Origin: a virus
Reading direction: 5' to 3' (one strand)
Length of the DNA stretch: 64,000 nt
Virus record (IMG/VR): IMGVR_UViG_3300031963_009342
Location: 39,273 to 103,272 of that record
Shown: positions 50,044-59,876 of the stretch, one piece after another
How the letters are laid out: every line of letters begins with the position of its first letter
Numbering within the stretch: position 1 is the stretch's first letter
Translations under genes and position numbers: made by a program
Notes under the pieces: generated by a model
Told to the model about the DNA's origin: nothing
Database searches by the model: none
What the model saw: only the letters and a program-made list of their open reading frames with translations

Positions 50044-50688
50044 TTAAACACTCATTAAAAAGTGTTCCCAGTCTTTGTGTTTTGCTTCACGTATCAAGGC
50101 TGATACTGGTACTGGATTTGGAACGGTTGGGTTTTTTATTAATTTCAACCCAGCTTCGTTGTTCATACGATTACCCTTTTTTGAGTTAACATCTTTAGAA
50201 CATAACACCAAATTTGTCCATGTATCTTCTCCGCCTCTACTACGAGGTATAATGTGGTCAACTGTAGCATTGTTTCTGTCTATTTTTTTACCGGTATATT
50301 GACACATACCATTGTCACGGGTGTATATAGCATCTTTGCTAGGCTTTCCTTTAAATGACTTAACAGGCATTTTGTTGAAATTTGTAGCAATGATAACAGT
50401 TGGTACACGAATAGACATGTGAGCGGAGTGTATAACAAGATCCCAACTACGAATCGGCAGTTTAATCCACTCACTCCAACTCACCGGATTCATAGCTGAA
50501 GGTTCTGATAGATTAGGTTCTCCGTTACTATCTAATGTGTAATCAATGTCTAATGCAAGGCTTGTTGGTTTACCGTCTGCTTCTGATCCGCAAAGATCTA
50601 TAATAGCATCTTTTACGGTCTTAAAACCTACTGGTTGCCAACTTTTATTAAGATTTAAACATATCAATTTATTAGCAATTGTGCTCAT
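50044..50688 (-). CDS. HNH endonuclease (McrA-like)
   Basis: RDNGMCQYTG, TVDHIIPRSRGGEDTWTNLV, NSKKGN. Confidence 0.9.
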   Translation of the reverse strand: MSTIANKLICLNLNKSWQPVGFKTVKDAIIDLCGSEADGKPTSLALDIDYTLDSNGEPNLSEPSAMNPVSWSEWIKLPIRSWDLVIHSAHMSIRVPTVIIATNFNKMPVKSFKGKPSKDAIYTRDNGMCQYTGKKIDRNNATVDHIIPRSRGGEDTWTNLVLCSKDVNSKKGNRMNNEAGLKLIKNPTVPNPVPVSALIREAKHKDWEHFLMSV

Positions 50689-50700
50689 AACTATGATATA

Positions 50701-50728
50701 ACTATACTACGTTTTTAAAAAAAGTCAA
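50701..50728 (-). promoter_or_regulatory. sigma70-like promoter TTGACT-N16-TATAGT
   Basis: Upstream of the HNH ATG at 50688. Confidence 0.55.
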
Positions 50729-51040
50729 GAGATTTTCTTCGGGTTCTAAACTTTCATCTAATCTACCCTTTACGATTTCAAGGTCACACTTGAACCACTC
50801 ATTTTTTATTTCAGTGGCGAAATATTTAAGTTTTTCTGCTATTTTCTTTTCGGCTTTATAACAATCCGGATGATGTATAAAATACTCTATTTTATAATTA
50901 CGAAGAGGTGATGATGTTTGATAATTACGTAAACGAGCTTTTATATCATTTGTTACTCCTACTTTGTAATAACCAGGAAAATTATTATTACTTATGATAT
51001 AAACATATCCTTCTTTAGATAATCTCGTCGGCGAGTCCAT
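50702..51040 (-). CDS. GIY-YIG superfamily (T5orf172-like) protein
   Basis: GYVYII, YKVGVT, RLRNYQTSSP, EWF. Confidence 0.85.
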   Translation of the reverse strand: MDSPTRLSKEGYVYIISNNNFPGYYKVGVTNDIKARLRNYQTSSPLRNYKIEYFIHHPDCYKAEKKIAEKLKYFATEIKNEWFKCDLEIVKGRLDESLEPEENLLTFFKNVV

Positions 51041-51611
51041 AACGAATTGCGTCTTCGGCGTTTAAATAAATGTCTCTTTTTAGTAAAGTGTTTAGTTCAT
51101 CTTCACTAAATTTGGTGTGTTTTAAATAAACATTTTTGATAATTTTCATCACTAAATCCATGTTTTGTTTTTCGTCATTAAAATCTTCGTATGTACCTTC
51201 AAACCAACTTCTTACTTGGTGTATTAGTAATATACTATTTTTGCGAATATATCTTTTATGACAACAAACACTAATAAGAGTACTAGCACTAGCGACTAAT
51301 CCTTCAGCATATGAATGTACAGGAACTTTTGATGATGTAATTCGGTCAACGATACTTAATGCGCCAAATACTTCTCCACCATCACTGTTGATGTGTAATT
51401 TTATATGAGGAGTTTCTTGTAAATCAAAATTAATTTTTGTTATTAAAAGTTGTCTAGACAGATCGTTTAATGATTTATTTAAAATAAAGACAGATTCATT
51501 GTTAACGTCGTTGTAAAAGTACAATTCGTTATTGTCTATTATAGATATGAACTTTTGTTTATCGGTAGAAATGTCTTCGTCTTGTGATTTAAATGTTAGT
51601 TTTTTCGTCAT
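51015..51611 (-). CDS. ClpP-like serine protease
   Basis: HINSDGGEV, GLVASAST, LIHQ, DIYLNAEDAIRYGLADEI. Confidence 0.88.
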   Translation of the reverse strand: MTKKLTFKSQDEDISTDKQKFISIIDNNELYFYNDVNNESVFILNKSLNDLSRQLLITKINFDLQETPHIKLHINSDGGEVFGALSIVDRITSSKVPVHSYAEGLVASASTLISVCCHKRYIRKNSILLIHQVRSWFEGTYEDFNDEKQNMDLVMKIIKNVYLKHTKFSEDELNTLLKRDIYLNAEDAIRYGLADEII

Positions 51612-52053
51612 AGTTTTTTAATAATGTTCGTAACTCTTCGTCGTCGACAAAGTTAAAGTCTTTTTTATTTGGTGTTAATTCTTCACGTAGTACCTGTATG
51701 TATCCTTTTTTATTATATCCAACATTGGTTGTATGACCTGTTTTTTCACATATATAACCGGATATAAATTCTGTAAATTCTATTATTGATCTTATATGTT
51801 CGTTACCACCTTCGTAATAGAATCGTAATGTGCCAAATTTTTGTTTTACTTGTAATGTTACAAACTGTTTTACAGGTTGGTAATATTGTGGGTTTTTACA
51901 AGACATTTCATTTTGTTGTGTAATATACATTTCAAGATATCTACTCAACCATAATATTATTTTAAACCACCCATCACCACATTCAAATTCAAAATTTTTT
52001 GGGTATAATATTGGAAATTTTTTCTTTAAATAATCTTGTAACTCAATTTTCAT
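51589..52053 (-). CDS. conserved phage hypothetical protein
   Basis: ECGDGW..QVKQKFGTLRFY..ICEKTG; ATG at 52053. Confidence 0.7.
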   Translation of the reverse strand: MKIELQDYLKKKFPILYPKNFEFECGDGWFKIILWLSRYLEMYITQQNEMSCKNPQYYQPVKQFVTLQVKQKFGTLRFYYEGGNEHIRSIIEFTEFISGYICEKTGHTTNVGYNKKGYIQVLREELTPNKKDFNFVDDEELRTLLKNYDEKTNI

Positions 52054-52141
52054 TTTCAATATATAGTTTTGAATTTACAAATATTTTAATGAATTTTTTT
52101 TATATTTACGTGTTGTTATTTTTATGTTATATTTATAGTAA

Positions 52142-52339
52142 ATGAATCTTACAATCAAAAAGAGGGGGTTAATAAACGGTATTCGTTTTGAAATAAAAGA
52201 TACTAATACTATAAAAATTTGGAAACCGGAAGGTGTACGTTTTGTTGATTTTAAAAGTAGATGTGATTGTATAGTTCGTTATATTATAGACGAAGCGTTA
52301 TTTGATAAGAAAAATTGCAAAGTAGAAGTTGTTACTTAA
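52142..52339 (+). CDS. hypothetical protein
   Basis: 65 aa, preceded by TATTTATA. Confidence 0.55.
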   Translation: MNLTIKKRGLINGIRFEIKDTNTIKIWKPEGVRFVDFKSRCDCIVRYIIDEALFDKKNCKVEVVT

Positions 52340-52362
52340 TTTTTGTTATATTTATATTATAT

Positions 52363-52722
52363 ATGATAGTAACTAATTTATTGACATTGCACAATCAACT
52401 TAAAATTAACCACTGGCAAACAGAAAGTTATGCTCAACATCAAGCATTTGGAGATACATACGGTGATTTAACTGATAAGATAGACGAATTTGTTGAGACG
52501 TTTATGGGAAAATATGGCCGAATTGAAAGTCGTGAAGGTTTTAAAATTGAATTAAGTAACTATAATAATAACGGCGTAGTTGATTTTATTGATCAATATA
52601 TTAATTATTTAGTAAATGATTTGCCTAAAGATCTTGAAGAAACTGATACTGATTTATTAAATATACGAGATGAAATGTTGGGTAGTTTGAATAAACTTAA
52701 ATATTTACTAACATTAACCTAA
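52363..52722 (+). CDS. ferritin/Dps-like four-helix protein (DUF5856-like)
   Basis: HWQTESYAQHQAFG..Y..IDEFVE..G; NKLKYLLTL; likely start 52363. Confidence 0.78.
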   Translation: MIVTNLLTLHNQLKINHWQTESYAQHQAFGDTYGDLTDKIDEFVETFMGKYGRIESREGFKIELSNYNNNGVVDFIDQYINYLVNDLPKDLEETDTDLLNIRDEMLGSLNKLKYLLTLT

Positions 52723-52723
52723 T

Positions 52724-53092
52724 ATGGATAGTATAAATAAATATATAGTAGTTAAATTTCTGAAATTTGTAAATGACGAATTGTCTTTAAATCAACCATT
52801 TAAAGTTAAGTTGGTTACTCAACGAGACGGAGATTTAAAAACTTATGCTTATTATGATCCAAATAACGGATTAATTAAAGTATATTGTAAAAATAGAGGA
52901 ATGGCAGATGTTTTAAGAAGTATAGCTCACGAATTAATTCATCATCATCAAAATCAGTCTGGTAAACTAGATCAACCTACACAAGATATAGGTGGAGAAA
53001 TTGAAGACGAAGCAAATAGTGTTGCGGGTCAATTAGTTAAAAAATTCGGATATGCGAATCCCAAATTAGCTATTTATACAAATACTTTATAA
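52724..53092 (+). CDS. HExxH metallopeptidase-like protein
   Basis: SIAHELIHHHQ..EDEAN. Confidence 0.7.
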   Translation: MDSINKYIVVKFLKFVNDELSLNQPFKVKLVTQRDGDLKTYAYYDPNNGLIKVYCKNRGMADVLRSIAHELIHHHQNQSGKLDQPTQDIGGEIEDEANSVAGQLVKKFGYANPKLAIYTNTL

Positions 53093-54001
53093 ATAACTTT
53101 GTATCGTTTTTTCAAGCGAATCATCAAAGTTAAGTAGATTGTTTTTTGGTATTTCCGATAAGTTATAATCTGTGTGTCCTTTTCTGTCTTCTATGTGTTC
53201 ATACCAATTATCCAATATATTATCATTCGTTAGTTTTGTATATATGTGTTTTATCTTGTGTATTAAATCATAATTACTTATATAGTTCTCGCCCAATATA
53301 ATATGTCTCGGTTGATTGTTTTGATTAAATAAAATTTCGGTTATTCTGTCAACGTGATCTTCCACATACAACCAATTCCGAATATTTTTGCCTTTGCCAT
53401 ATAATTTGATTTTGTTTTTGTTTTTTAAATTATTAACACATGTAGGTATAAATTTATCTAAAGATTGTCTCGGTCCAAAATTGTTACTACAGTTAGTAGT
53501 TATTACATTTAGTCCATAACAATTTGAATAATACTGACAAAAATATTCATTCGTTGTTTTACATATAGCATACGGATTTTTGGGTTGATAATTTAAATCC
53601 GATTTGTTAATGTTGTTACCAAAGACTTCGTATGTAGATATATTTATTATTTTTTTAACACGTGAATTTTTAAAACATTCTAATAAATTTACCAAGCTTG
53701 TTATGTTTGATTTTACAAATAAACTGGGATGTTTTATGGAGTCATCTATATTACTGTATGAAGCGAAATGTATTACATGATCAATTTCAAGATTTAACAA
53801 TATGTTTTTTTTATCTATTACACGTTCGTCCGATAAGTCCAAATTAAGTTCTTTGTATTTTTCGTTGTACTGATACGGTAAAGATGTTGGTCTTGGTTTA
53901 CGACTTATATTGTATATACATGAAAAATTTTTATTATTTATGTTTTTTTCAATGAAATGAGATCCTATAAATCCGTTGCCTCCTGTAACTAATAGATTCA
54001 T
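53087..54001 (-). CDS. divergent RmlB paralog (SDR)
   Basis: Termini near-identical to the neighbouring RmlB; STYEV replaces STDEV; YAICK retained. Confidence 0.8.
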   Translation of the reverse strand: MNLLVTGGNGFIGSHFIEKNINNKNFSCIYNISRKPRPTSLPYQYNEKYKELNLDLSDERVIDKKNILLNLEIDHVIHFASYSNIDDSIKHPSLFVKSNITSLVNLLECFKNSRVKKIINISTYEVFGNNINKSDLNYQPKNPYAICKTTNEYFCQYYSNCYGLNVITTNCSNNFGPRQSLDKFIPTCVNNLKNKNKIKLYGKGKNIRNWLYVEDHVDRITEILFNQNNQPRHIILGENYISNYDLIHKIKHIYTKLTNDNILDNWYEHIEDRKGHTDYNLSEIPKNNLLNFDDSLEKTIQSYL

Positions 54002-54002
54002 G

Positions 54003-54956
54003 TTATAGATAACTTTGTATTGTTATTTTTAACGATTGTTTAAAATCGCTTAATTTTAAATCGGGAAATTGTTGTTTTAGTTCCCAATTATTGATGGAAT
54101 ATCTTAAATCGTGACCTTTACGATCATCTACATACTGAAACCATTTCCAATCCACATTTGTCGTTGTTAGTTCCTCATATGCTTCTTTGATACAATGAAT
54201 CAACTCATAGTTTGATATTTCGTTATCTCCTCCTATCAAATACTGACTCCCAACGATACCTTCTTCTAGAATACGTATAATTGCGTTAACGTGGTCTTTT
54301 ACATAAATCCAATCTCTTACGTTGGAACCATTGCCATATAGAGGTATAGTTTCTTTGTTTTTTAATTTATTAATTGATAATGGTATTAATTTTTCCGGAA
54401 ATTGTCGAGGGCCAAAATTGTTGCTACAGTTAGTAATTATTGCCGGAAACTTGTAAGTTTTTACATAACTTCTTACTAATAAGTCACTTGCAGCTTTACT
54501 AGCAGCATACGGACTGTTGGGTTTGTAAGGACTGTCTATATCAAATGGTCCTTCTTTGTAATTTAGGCTACCAAACACTTCGTCCGTTGAGATGTGAATA
54601 AATTTTTTAATATTTGAATCTTTAAAAAACTCTAATAAATTAAAAGTACCTACTATATTTGTGTCAATAAACTTTCGTGGTGTTGTAATTGAGTTATCTA
54701 CGTGAGACTCAGCCGCAAAATGAACAACATAATCTAAATCTAGAGATTCAAAATAATATTTTTGATTTAAATATGAATGTGATATGTCTATTTTTAATTT
54801 TTGATAACGACTGTCTTTATCAAATGGTAAGTTCTTGTTTGCAGCATACGTATCTATATCTAGATTGTAAAGTTTGACAACATCATTTCTTTTAAAAAGT
54901 TCTTCTATAAAATGACTGCCTATAAATCCATTACCTCCTGTTACTAATATATTCAT
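54003..54956 (-). CDS. rmlB: dTDP-glucose 4,6-dehydratase
   Basis: HFAAESHVD, STDEVFG, PYAASKA, NCSNNFGPRQFPEKLIP, RKGHDLRY. Confidence 0.95.
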   Translation of the reverse strand: MNILVTGGNGFIGSHFIEELFKRNDVVKLYNLDIDTYAANKNLPFDKDSRYQKLKIDISHSYLNQKYYFESLDLDYVVHFAAESHVDNSITTPRKFIDTNIVGTFNLLEFFKDSNIKKFIHISTDEVFGSLNYKEGPFDIDSPYKPNSPYAASKAASDLLVRSYVKTYKFPAIITNCSNNFGPRQFPEKLIPLSINKLKNKETIPLYGNGSNVRDWIYVKDHVNAIIRILEEGIVGSQYLIGGDNEISNYELIHCIKEAYEELTTTNVDWKWFQYVDDRKGHDLRYSINNWELKQQFPDLKLSDFKQSLKITIQSYL

Positions 54957-56279
54957 TTAAAATCCTCTTTTTACATTATATTCAAACGGAAAATTATTTT
55001 TCTTAAGATAATTAGAGATTACAGATTTGTATTCAGCATTTTTTAAATTGTGATTTAGATTTAAAAATTCTTGAACTAATAATTTATCTAAAAATGGGTA
55101 TCTTATTTCCAGTCCATACGACCCCCCGACATATTCTTCTTTTGCTATGTATGATTCCATCGTAGAATTATAAAAACTGTTCCATGGAAATATTGAAGAT
55201 AGATCGTGTGGAAACAGACCGCCGAAGTTGGAATGATTATAATATTTAATTCCATTAAAACCATAATCTGAAATAATTTCATCAGCTCCTACGCTTGATA
55301 AACATATTAAACAATTATCCACTTTAGCTAAAGAACATACCGACGAGAACCAATTGGACCCACCATCTTGTGATAATTTTATTCGTTCTTTGTAATCCGA
55401 AGAAGAACTATTAATTGTGTAAAAAAATTCTTCGGTATTTTTGTTTATGTAATTATTGTGAGTATTATATAATTCTTCGTTTTTGTTAATTTTAGTAAAT
55501 TTTATGTTATTGTTTTGAATTATTTCAAAACGTTTGTTTAAAACATCGTCATTTTCATTTCCTATTACACTATATACGTTAAATTTTTTATATTGTTTTA
55601 ATAATTCACAACAAATAGCACCACTATCATATCCACTACTCAATCCAATAAATAAGTTTTTGTTTGTTAGTGTTCGTTTTTGTATTGATTTTTCAAATGC
55701 AAATATCCAGTCATCATATGAATTTTTGTATTGGGTTATATTAAAAGTGTAAACAGACTTTATTTCTTTTACAGTTAGAGTTTGTAGATCAATAACTAAA
55801 CACTTGTTTTTTTCAAAAGATTTTATATCGGAAAATCCTAAATCTTGTAACGGCGTTTTGAATGTGCTTATACCAATGTATTTGTTTTCAATAGAATAAA
55901 ATAAAGGTTTGGTCTTGAAAATATCGGATGATACCACTAGAATTTGTTTTTTTAAATCCAGCAAACAAACAGAAAACTCGCCATCCAAATAATTTACAAA
56001 ATTACTACCATGTTCTATATAAGATTCAGCGATATAATGTGTATCGTTTAAATACAAATTTCTGTCATAATTATATATTTCGCCGTTAAATAATAGACAT
56101 ATATCATTTTTTTCAAATGGTTGTAACACAGTATTTTCTGTTATGCCTAACAGATAATGTATTAACGTATATGGATGTGAGTATAATACAGAGTGACTAT
56201 CCGGTCCTCGGTTAATTAAAAATTTGTTATGACGTACATCACCGTTAACAGTTTTATTTGTGAATAAAAAACTACACAT
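54957..56279 (-). CDS. asparagine synthetase-like glutamine amidotransferase
   Basis: N-terminal MC, RGPD, FNGEIYN, LSSGYDS, GADE, RYPFLD. Confidence 0.85.
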   Translation of the reverse strand: MCSFLFTNKTVNGDVRHNKFLINRGPDSHSVLYSHPYTLIHYLLGITENTVLQPFEKNDICLLFNGEIYNYDRNLYLNDTHYIAESYIEHGSNFVNYLDGEFSVCLLDLKKQILVVSSDIFKTKPLFYSIENKYIGISTFKTPLQDLGFSDIKSFEKNKCLVIDLQTLTVKEIKSVYTFNITQYKNSYDDWIFAFEKSIQKRTLTNKNLFIGLSSGYDSGAICCELLKQYKKFNVYSVIGNENDDVLNKRFEIIQNNNIKFTKINKNEELYNTHNNYINKNTEEFFYTINSSSSDYKERIKLSQDGGSNWFSSVCSLAKVDNCLICLSSVGADEIISDYGFNGIKYYNHSNFGGLFPHDLSSIFPWNSFYNSTMESYIAKEEYVGGSYGLEIRYPFLDKLLVQEFLNLNHNLKNAEYKSVISNYLKKNNFPFEYNVKRGF

Positions 56280-57312
56280 TATAAATAATTGTTTTTTTGT
56301 AAAACGTATATCCTTCGTTTTTTATAACCAAAACTATTGGTTCTTTTTTCGTTATACTGTTGGTGCTTAACCAGTATGTTATATTTTTATCTAAACCATT
56401 AAAGGTTGTTTCAAATTCTAAATTATTATTTTTGTCTATTATTTGTACAACGATATTATTTTCAATTGTTTCATCTATATTTAGGTTTAAGCAATCGTTA
56501 AAGACTGTTACTTTTATTTTTAAATTTGACAATATCAAAGCTTTTTGAAAGTCAGTTATGTATTTGTATGTACCACTATTAAAGTGTACTATACTTGGAA
56601 ATGTTTGACCGTCAAAATAATTATATAAAACTTTTCCGTTTTCAAATCTCAAAAAGTCCTTTTCAACTCTAAAATGGTTGAAAAACACATATGGGTATAT
56701 GTCTATTTTATAATCATCGTTATCATTTTTGACGAAATCTATAGTAGCTGCTCCTTGATCACTTTTGCTTAAAAACGTAAAATCGGCTAAATTTGAAGGG
56801 GGGAATTCTTTTTTTTCTAAAATCTCTTTCCATCTGTACAATCTGTATAACAATTGATTTTTGAATCCCATCATAACACCCGCGCACGGAAACTTAAACA
56901 TATCTTTTTGATTTAATTTGTTTGATGGATAGTAACCAGATTTAATGTAGTTGTTCACCTTTTCACTTACATTATTAATAAGACTATCATATGGCCAACA
57001 AAAAGATTCTCCTGATATCAAAACTTTAGCATTTGTTTTTAAGAATTTTTCTATTATAGTTTGTTCGTCGTCTAATACTATACAATCAAACGCGTCCATA
57101 AATAATATTAAATCATCGGCTCGACACGATTCAACATATTCAATCATGGGTAAAAGTTTTGAATAATATGATCCGTCAAAACGTTTATTATTTACTACTA
57201 CCACAAAAGGCAGCTTATTTTTATTTACGGATTTAAACAATTCATCAAAACCAAACGCCTTTTCGTTATTACGAAATTCTGAATTTAGTACAGTAAACAC
57301 TTTTAGTTTCAT
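56272..57312 (-). CDS. PLOD-type glycosyltransferase domain protein
   Basis: LILFMDAFDC, LISGESFCWP, SDQG, PSIVHFNSG. Confidence 0.7.
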   Translation of the reverse strand: MKLKVFTVLNSEFRNNEKAFGFDELFKSVNKNKLPFVVVVNNKRFDGSYYSKLLPMIEYVESCRADDLILFMDAFDCIVLDDEQTIIEKFLKTNAKVLISGESFCWPYDSLINNVSEKVNNYIKSGYYPSNKLNQKDMFKFPCAGVMMGFKNQLLYRLYRWKEILEKKEFPPSNLADFTFLSKSDQGAATIDFVKNDNDDYKIDIYPYVFFNHFRVEKDFLRFENGKVLYNYFDGQTFPSIVHFNSGTYKYITDFQKALILSNLKIKVTVFNDCLNLNIDETIENNIVVQIIDKNNNLEFETTFNGLDKNITYWLSTNSITKKEPIVLVIKNEGYTFYKKTIIYNV

Positions 57313-58163
57313 ATATTATAATCTAGTAACTTGCTTAAGTATTGTTTATATTCACATTCATTCAAATTGTTTATTAAATTATATAGTTGTGCTTTATTTA
57401 TTAAGTTACGTTTAAAACACTGTTCTTCTATACAACCAATCTTTATTCCCTGTCTAGATTGAATTGAGTATATATAAGTACTACTTTCAAAAAGAGTTTC
57501 AGTTGTACCGGCATCGAACCAAGCAGATCCTCTAGCAAATTTTATAGCGGTTAATTCATTATTTTCAAGATATTTTAAATTCAAATCAGTAATTTCCAGT
57601 TCACCTCTTTTTGAAGGCTTAAGAGTCTTAGCATATTCCACCACTTTATTATTATAAAAATAAAGACCCGGTACAGCAAATTTGCTTTTAGGATTAGAAG
57701 GTTTTTCCTCTATACTTATAACTTTGTCATCTTTATCAAATTCAACCACTCCATAGTTTTTTGGATTATTTACTTCATATCCAAATATAACCGCTCCTGT
57801 TAAAGATGCTTTAATTCTTGGCATGCCGTGAAAAATATTGTCACCTAAAATAAGAGCTACGTTGTCATCGCCGATAAAGTCGTCCGCAATAATAAAACTT
57901 TCAGCGATTCCTTTAGGTTTATACTGTACTCTATATGTTATTTTTATACCAAATTGACTACCATCACCGAATAACTTTTCATAAGAAGACAGATATTCAG
58001 GTGAGGATATTATACAAAACTCCGTTATTCCACAAGACAATAACGTGCAAATTGGGTAATATATCATAGGTTTATCGTAAACAGGTAATAATTGTTTGTT
58101 TACCGTTGATGTTAGTGGATATAGCCTACTCCCAGTACCTCCTGATAAAATAATACCTTTCAT
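57309..58163 (-). CDS. rmlA: glucose-1-phosphate thymidylyltransferase
   Basis: GGTGSRLYPLT, KQLLPVYDKPMIYY, LGDNIF, EEKP, RGELEITD. Confidence 0.97.
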   Translation of the reverse strand: MKGIILSGGTGSRLYPLTSTVNKQLLPVYDKPMIYYPICTLLSCGITEFCIISSPEYLSSYEKLFGDGSQFGIKITYRVQYKPKGIAESFIIADDFIGDDNVALILGDNIFHGMPRIKASLTGAVIFGYEVNNPKNYGVVEFDKDDKVISIEEKPSNPKSKFAVPGLYFYNNKVVEYAKTLKPSKRGELEITDLNLKYLENNELTAIKFARGSAWFDAGTTETLFESSTYIYSIQSRQGIKIGCIEEQCFKRNLINKAQLYNLINNLNECEYKQYLSKLLDYNI

Positions 58164-58206
58164 TTAAAATATATATTTTTTATTTCAGATAACAAATTTT
58201 TATATC

Positions 58207-58235
58207 TTGACTTTTAAAAATATAGAAAGTATAAT
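58207..58235 (+). promoter_or_regulatory. sigma70-like promoter TTGACT-N17-TATAAT
   Basis: Near-consensus, in the divergent intergenic region. Confidence 0.7.
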
Positions 58236-58334
58236 GCTTTTATTAGTAAGCGCTTAGTTGCTTGATGTGCCTATTAAAATATAATAATTAAAATATAATA
58301 TTTGCTTAATATAAGTTAAAAATAGTTAATTAAT

Positions 58335-58916
58335 ATGGGAATGTTTGATGACATAGTATGTAAATATCCTCTTCCACTGCCAGAAGATAACAAAGGCTTT
58401 AAGTCTAATGGGTTTCAAACCAAAGACTTAAATAACGCTTTAGATCTTTATGAAATTCGTGAAGATGGTACATTGTGGTTATTTGAGTGTGAACGTGAGT
58501 ACACAGTAGGTGATCCCAATGGAGTTACGTTCAGCGAACGATTCGGAGAAGTAAAACAAATTAACAAACGATGGACTCATGTAAAGTTGACCAAAACAAT
58601 CAATATGTACACTTACCAACACGGTGAAGATGATTACGATTATTGGGTTGAATTTACAATTGAATTTGTTGGTGGTTTTATTAATAAAATTGAGCTCAAA
58701 AAGTTTGAAGCTAATGACAATAAAGAAAGAAAAGAAAATCTAAGACTTCATATTGAAGAACTTAAACGAAGAAAAGAGTTTGAGTCCACCGTATTTTATA
58801 AACTAATTGGCAAACCATACAATAAAACTATTTGGTTTATTGCATGTGTATTAAACAGTGTTGGATCTTTTATAACTGACATTGGTTATAAATTTTACAG
58901 GAATATAAAGATATGA
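58335..58916 (+). CDS. hypothetical phage protein
   Basis: MGMFD..C..PLP..FQTKDL..Y.I..DG.L pattern. Confidence 0.7.
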   Translation: MGMFDDIVCKYPLPLPEDNKGFKSNGFQTKDLNNALDLYEIREDGTLWLFECEREYTVGDPNGVTFSERFGEVKQINKRWTHVKLTKTINMYTYQHGEDDYDYWVEFTIEFVGGFINKIELKKFEANDNKERKENLRLHIEELKRRKEFESTVFYKLIGKPYNKTIWFIACVLNSVGSFITDIGYKFYRNIKI

Positions 58917-59155
58917 AAGAAGATTCTGTGTTTTTAATGTGTGATTGTCACTCTCACGCTCTTTACGTTGAAAAATTTGAAGATGAAGAAGAAGTATGTA
59001 TTAGTTTGTTTGAACTGGGTTACAACGGCAAAAAAATGACAGTCTTTGAAAGACTAAGGTGGTGTTATAGAATTATTATACATGGACATCCGTGGACAGA
59101 TAGTGTTATTCTGAATAAAGAAAACCAAATCAAATTAAAGAATTTTTTAAAATGA
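58913..59155 (+). CDS. hypothetical protein
   Basis: 80-aa coupled ORF with CDCH. Confidence 0.6.
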   Translation: MKEDSVFLMCDCHSHALYVEKFEDEEEVCISLFELGYNGKKMTVFERLRWCYRIIIHGHPWTDSVILNKENQIKLKNFLK

Positions 59156-59688
59156 ACCTTCTCAACAAAACAAAGACATATTTGGTAGGACACATGCAAT
59201 ACCACAACGGAACTGTATGGAGACAATATGTACGAACTGAACTACAAAAGTTAAATATTACGGTATTTGATCCGTATGATAAACCTTTTATTAAAGACGT
59301 TGAAGAAGGCGACTCCATACGAGTTGATTTAAAAACTCGTATGGAAAATGAACAGTATGATGATGTGCAAAAAATCATGCGGGAAATACGTATATATGAC
59401 TTAAATTTAGTGGATCGTAGTGATTTTATCATAGCACATATTATACCGGAAGTTGCGAGTTGGGGTAGTGCAGAGGAATTGGTTACCGCTAATAGAGAGA
59501 AAAAGCCAATATTTTTAAGTGTTGAAGGCGGCAAACAAAAATGTCCGCTATGGTTATTAGGAACAATTCCACATCGTTACGTCTATAATAACATAGACGA
59601 AATATTAACCACCATAAAAAAATTAGATTCTGGCGAACTTACAATGGACAGTAATCGCTGGAGACTGCTCAAGGAACAATACAGATGA
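59152..59688 (+). CDS. nucleoside 2-deoxyribosyltransferase-like protein
   Basis: YLVGHM, FDPY, DLNLVDRSDFIIA, GSAEEL. Confidence 0.75.
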   Translation: MNLLNKTKTYLVGHMQYHNGTVWRQYVRTELQKLNITVFDPYDKPFIKDVEEGDSIRVDLKTRMENEQYDDVQKIMREIRIYDLNLVDRSDFIIAHIIPEVASWGSAEELVTANREKKPIFLSVEGGKQKCPLWLLGTIPHRYVYNNIDEILTTIKKLDSGELTMDSNRWRLLKEQYR

Positions 59689-59876
59689 ATACTTCAATTT
59701 CAGAATTTGAAAGACAAAAACCCATAATTACTATGCAGAAGTTAAACGAATTAAGCAAACGTATTACGGACGAACGTATTAAAACTGAAATTCTATATAA
59801 AGATAGAATAAGAAGTCTAAATGAAATAGACGAACTGTTAAAAGATGTTAAAAAAAGTTTCTTAAAAGGTGAGTGA
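59685..59876 (+). CDS. hypothetical protein
   Basis: 63-aa coupled ORF. Confidence 0.55.
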   Translation: MNTSISEFERQKPIITMQKLNELSKRITDERIKTEILYKDRIRSLNEIDELLKDVKKSFLKGE

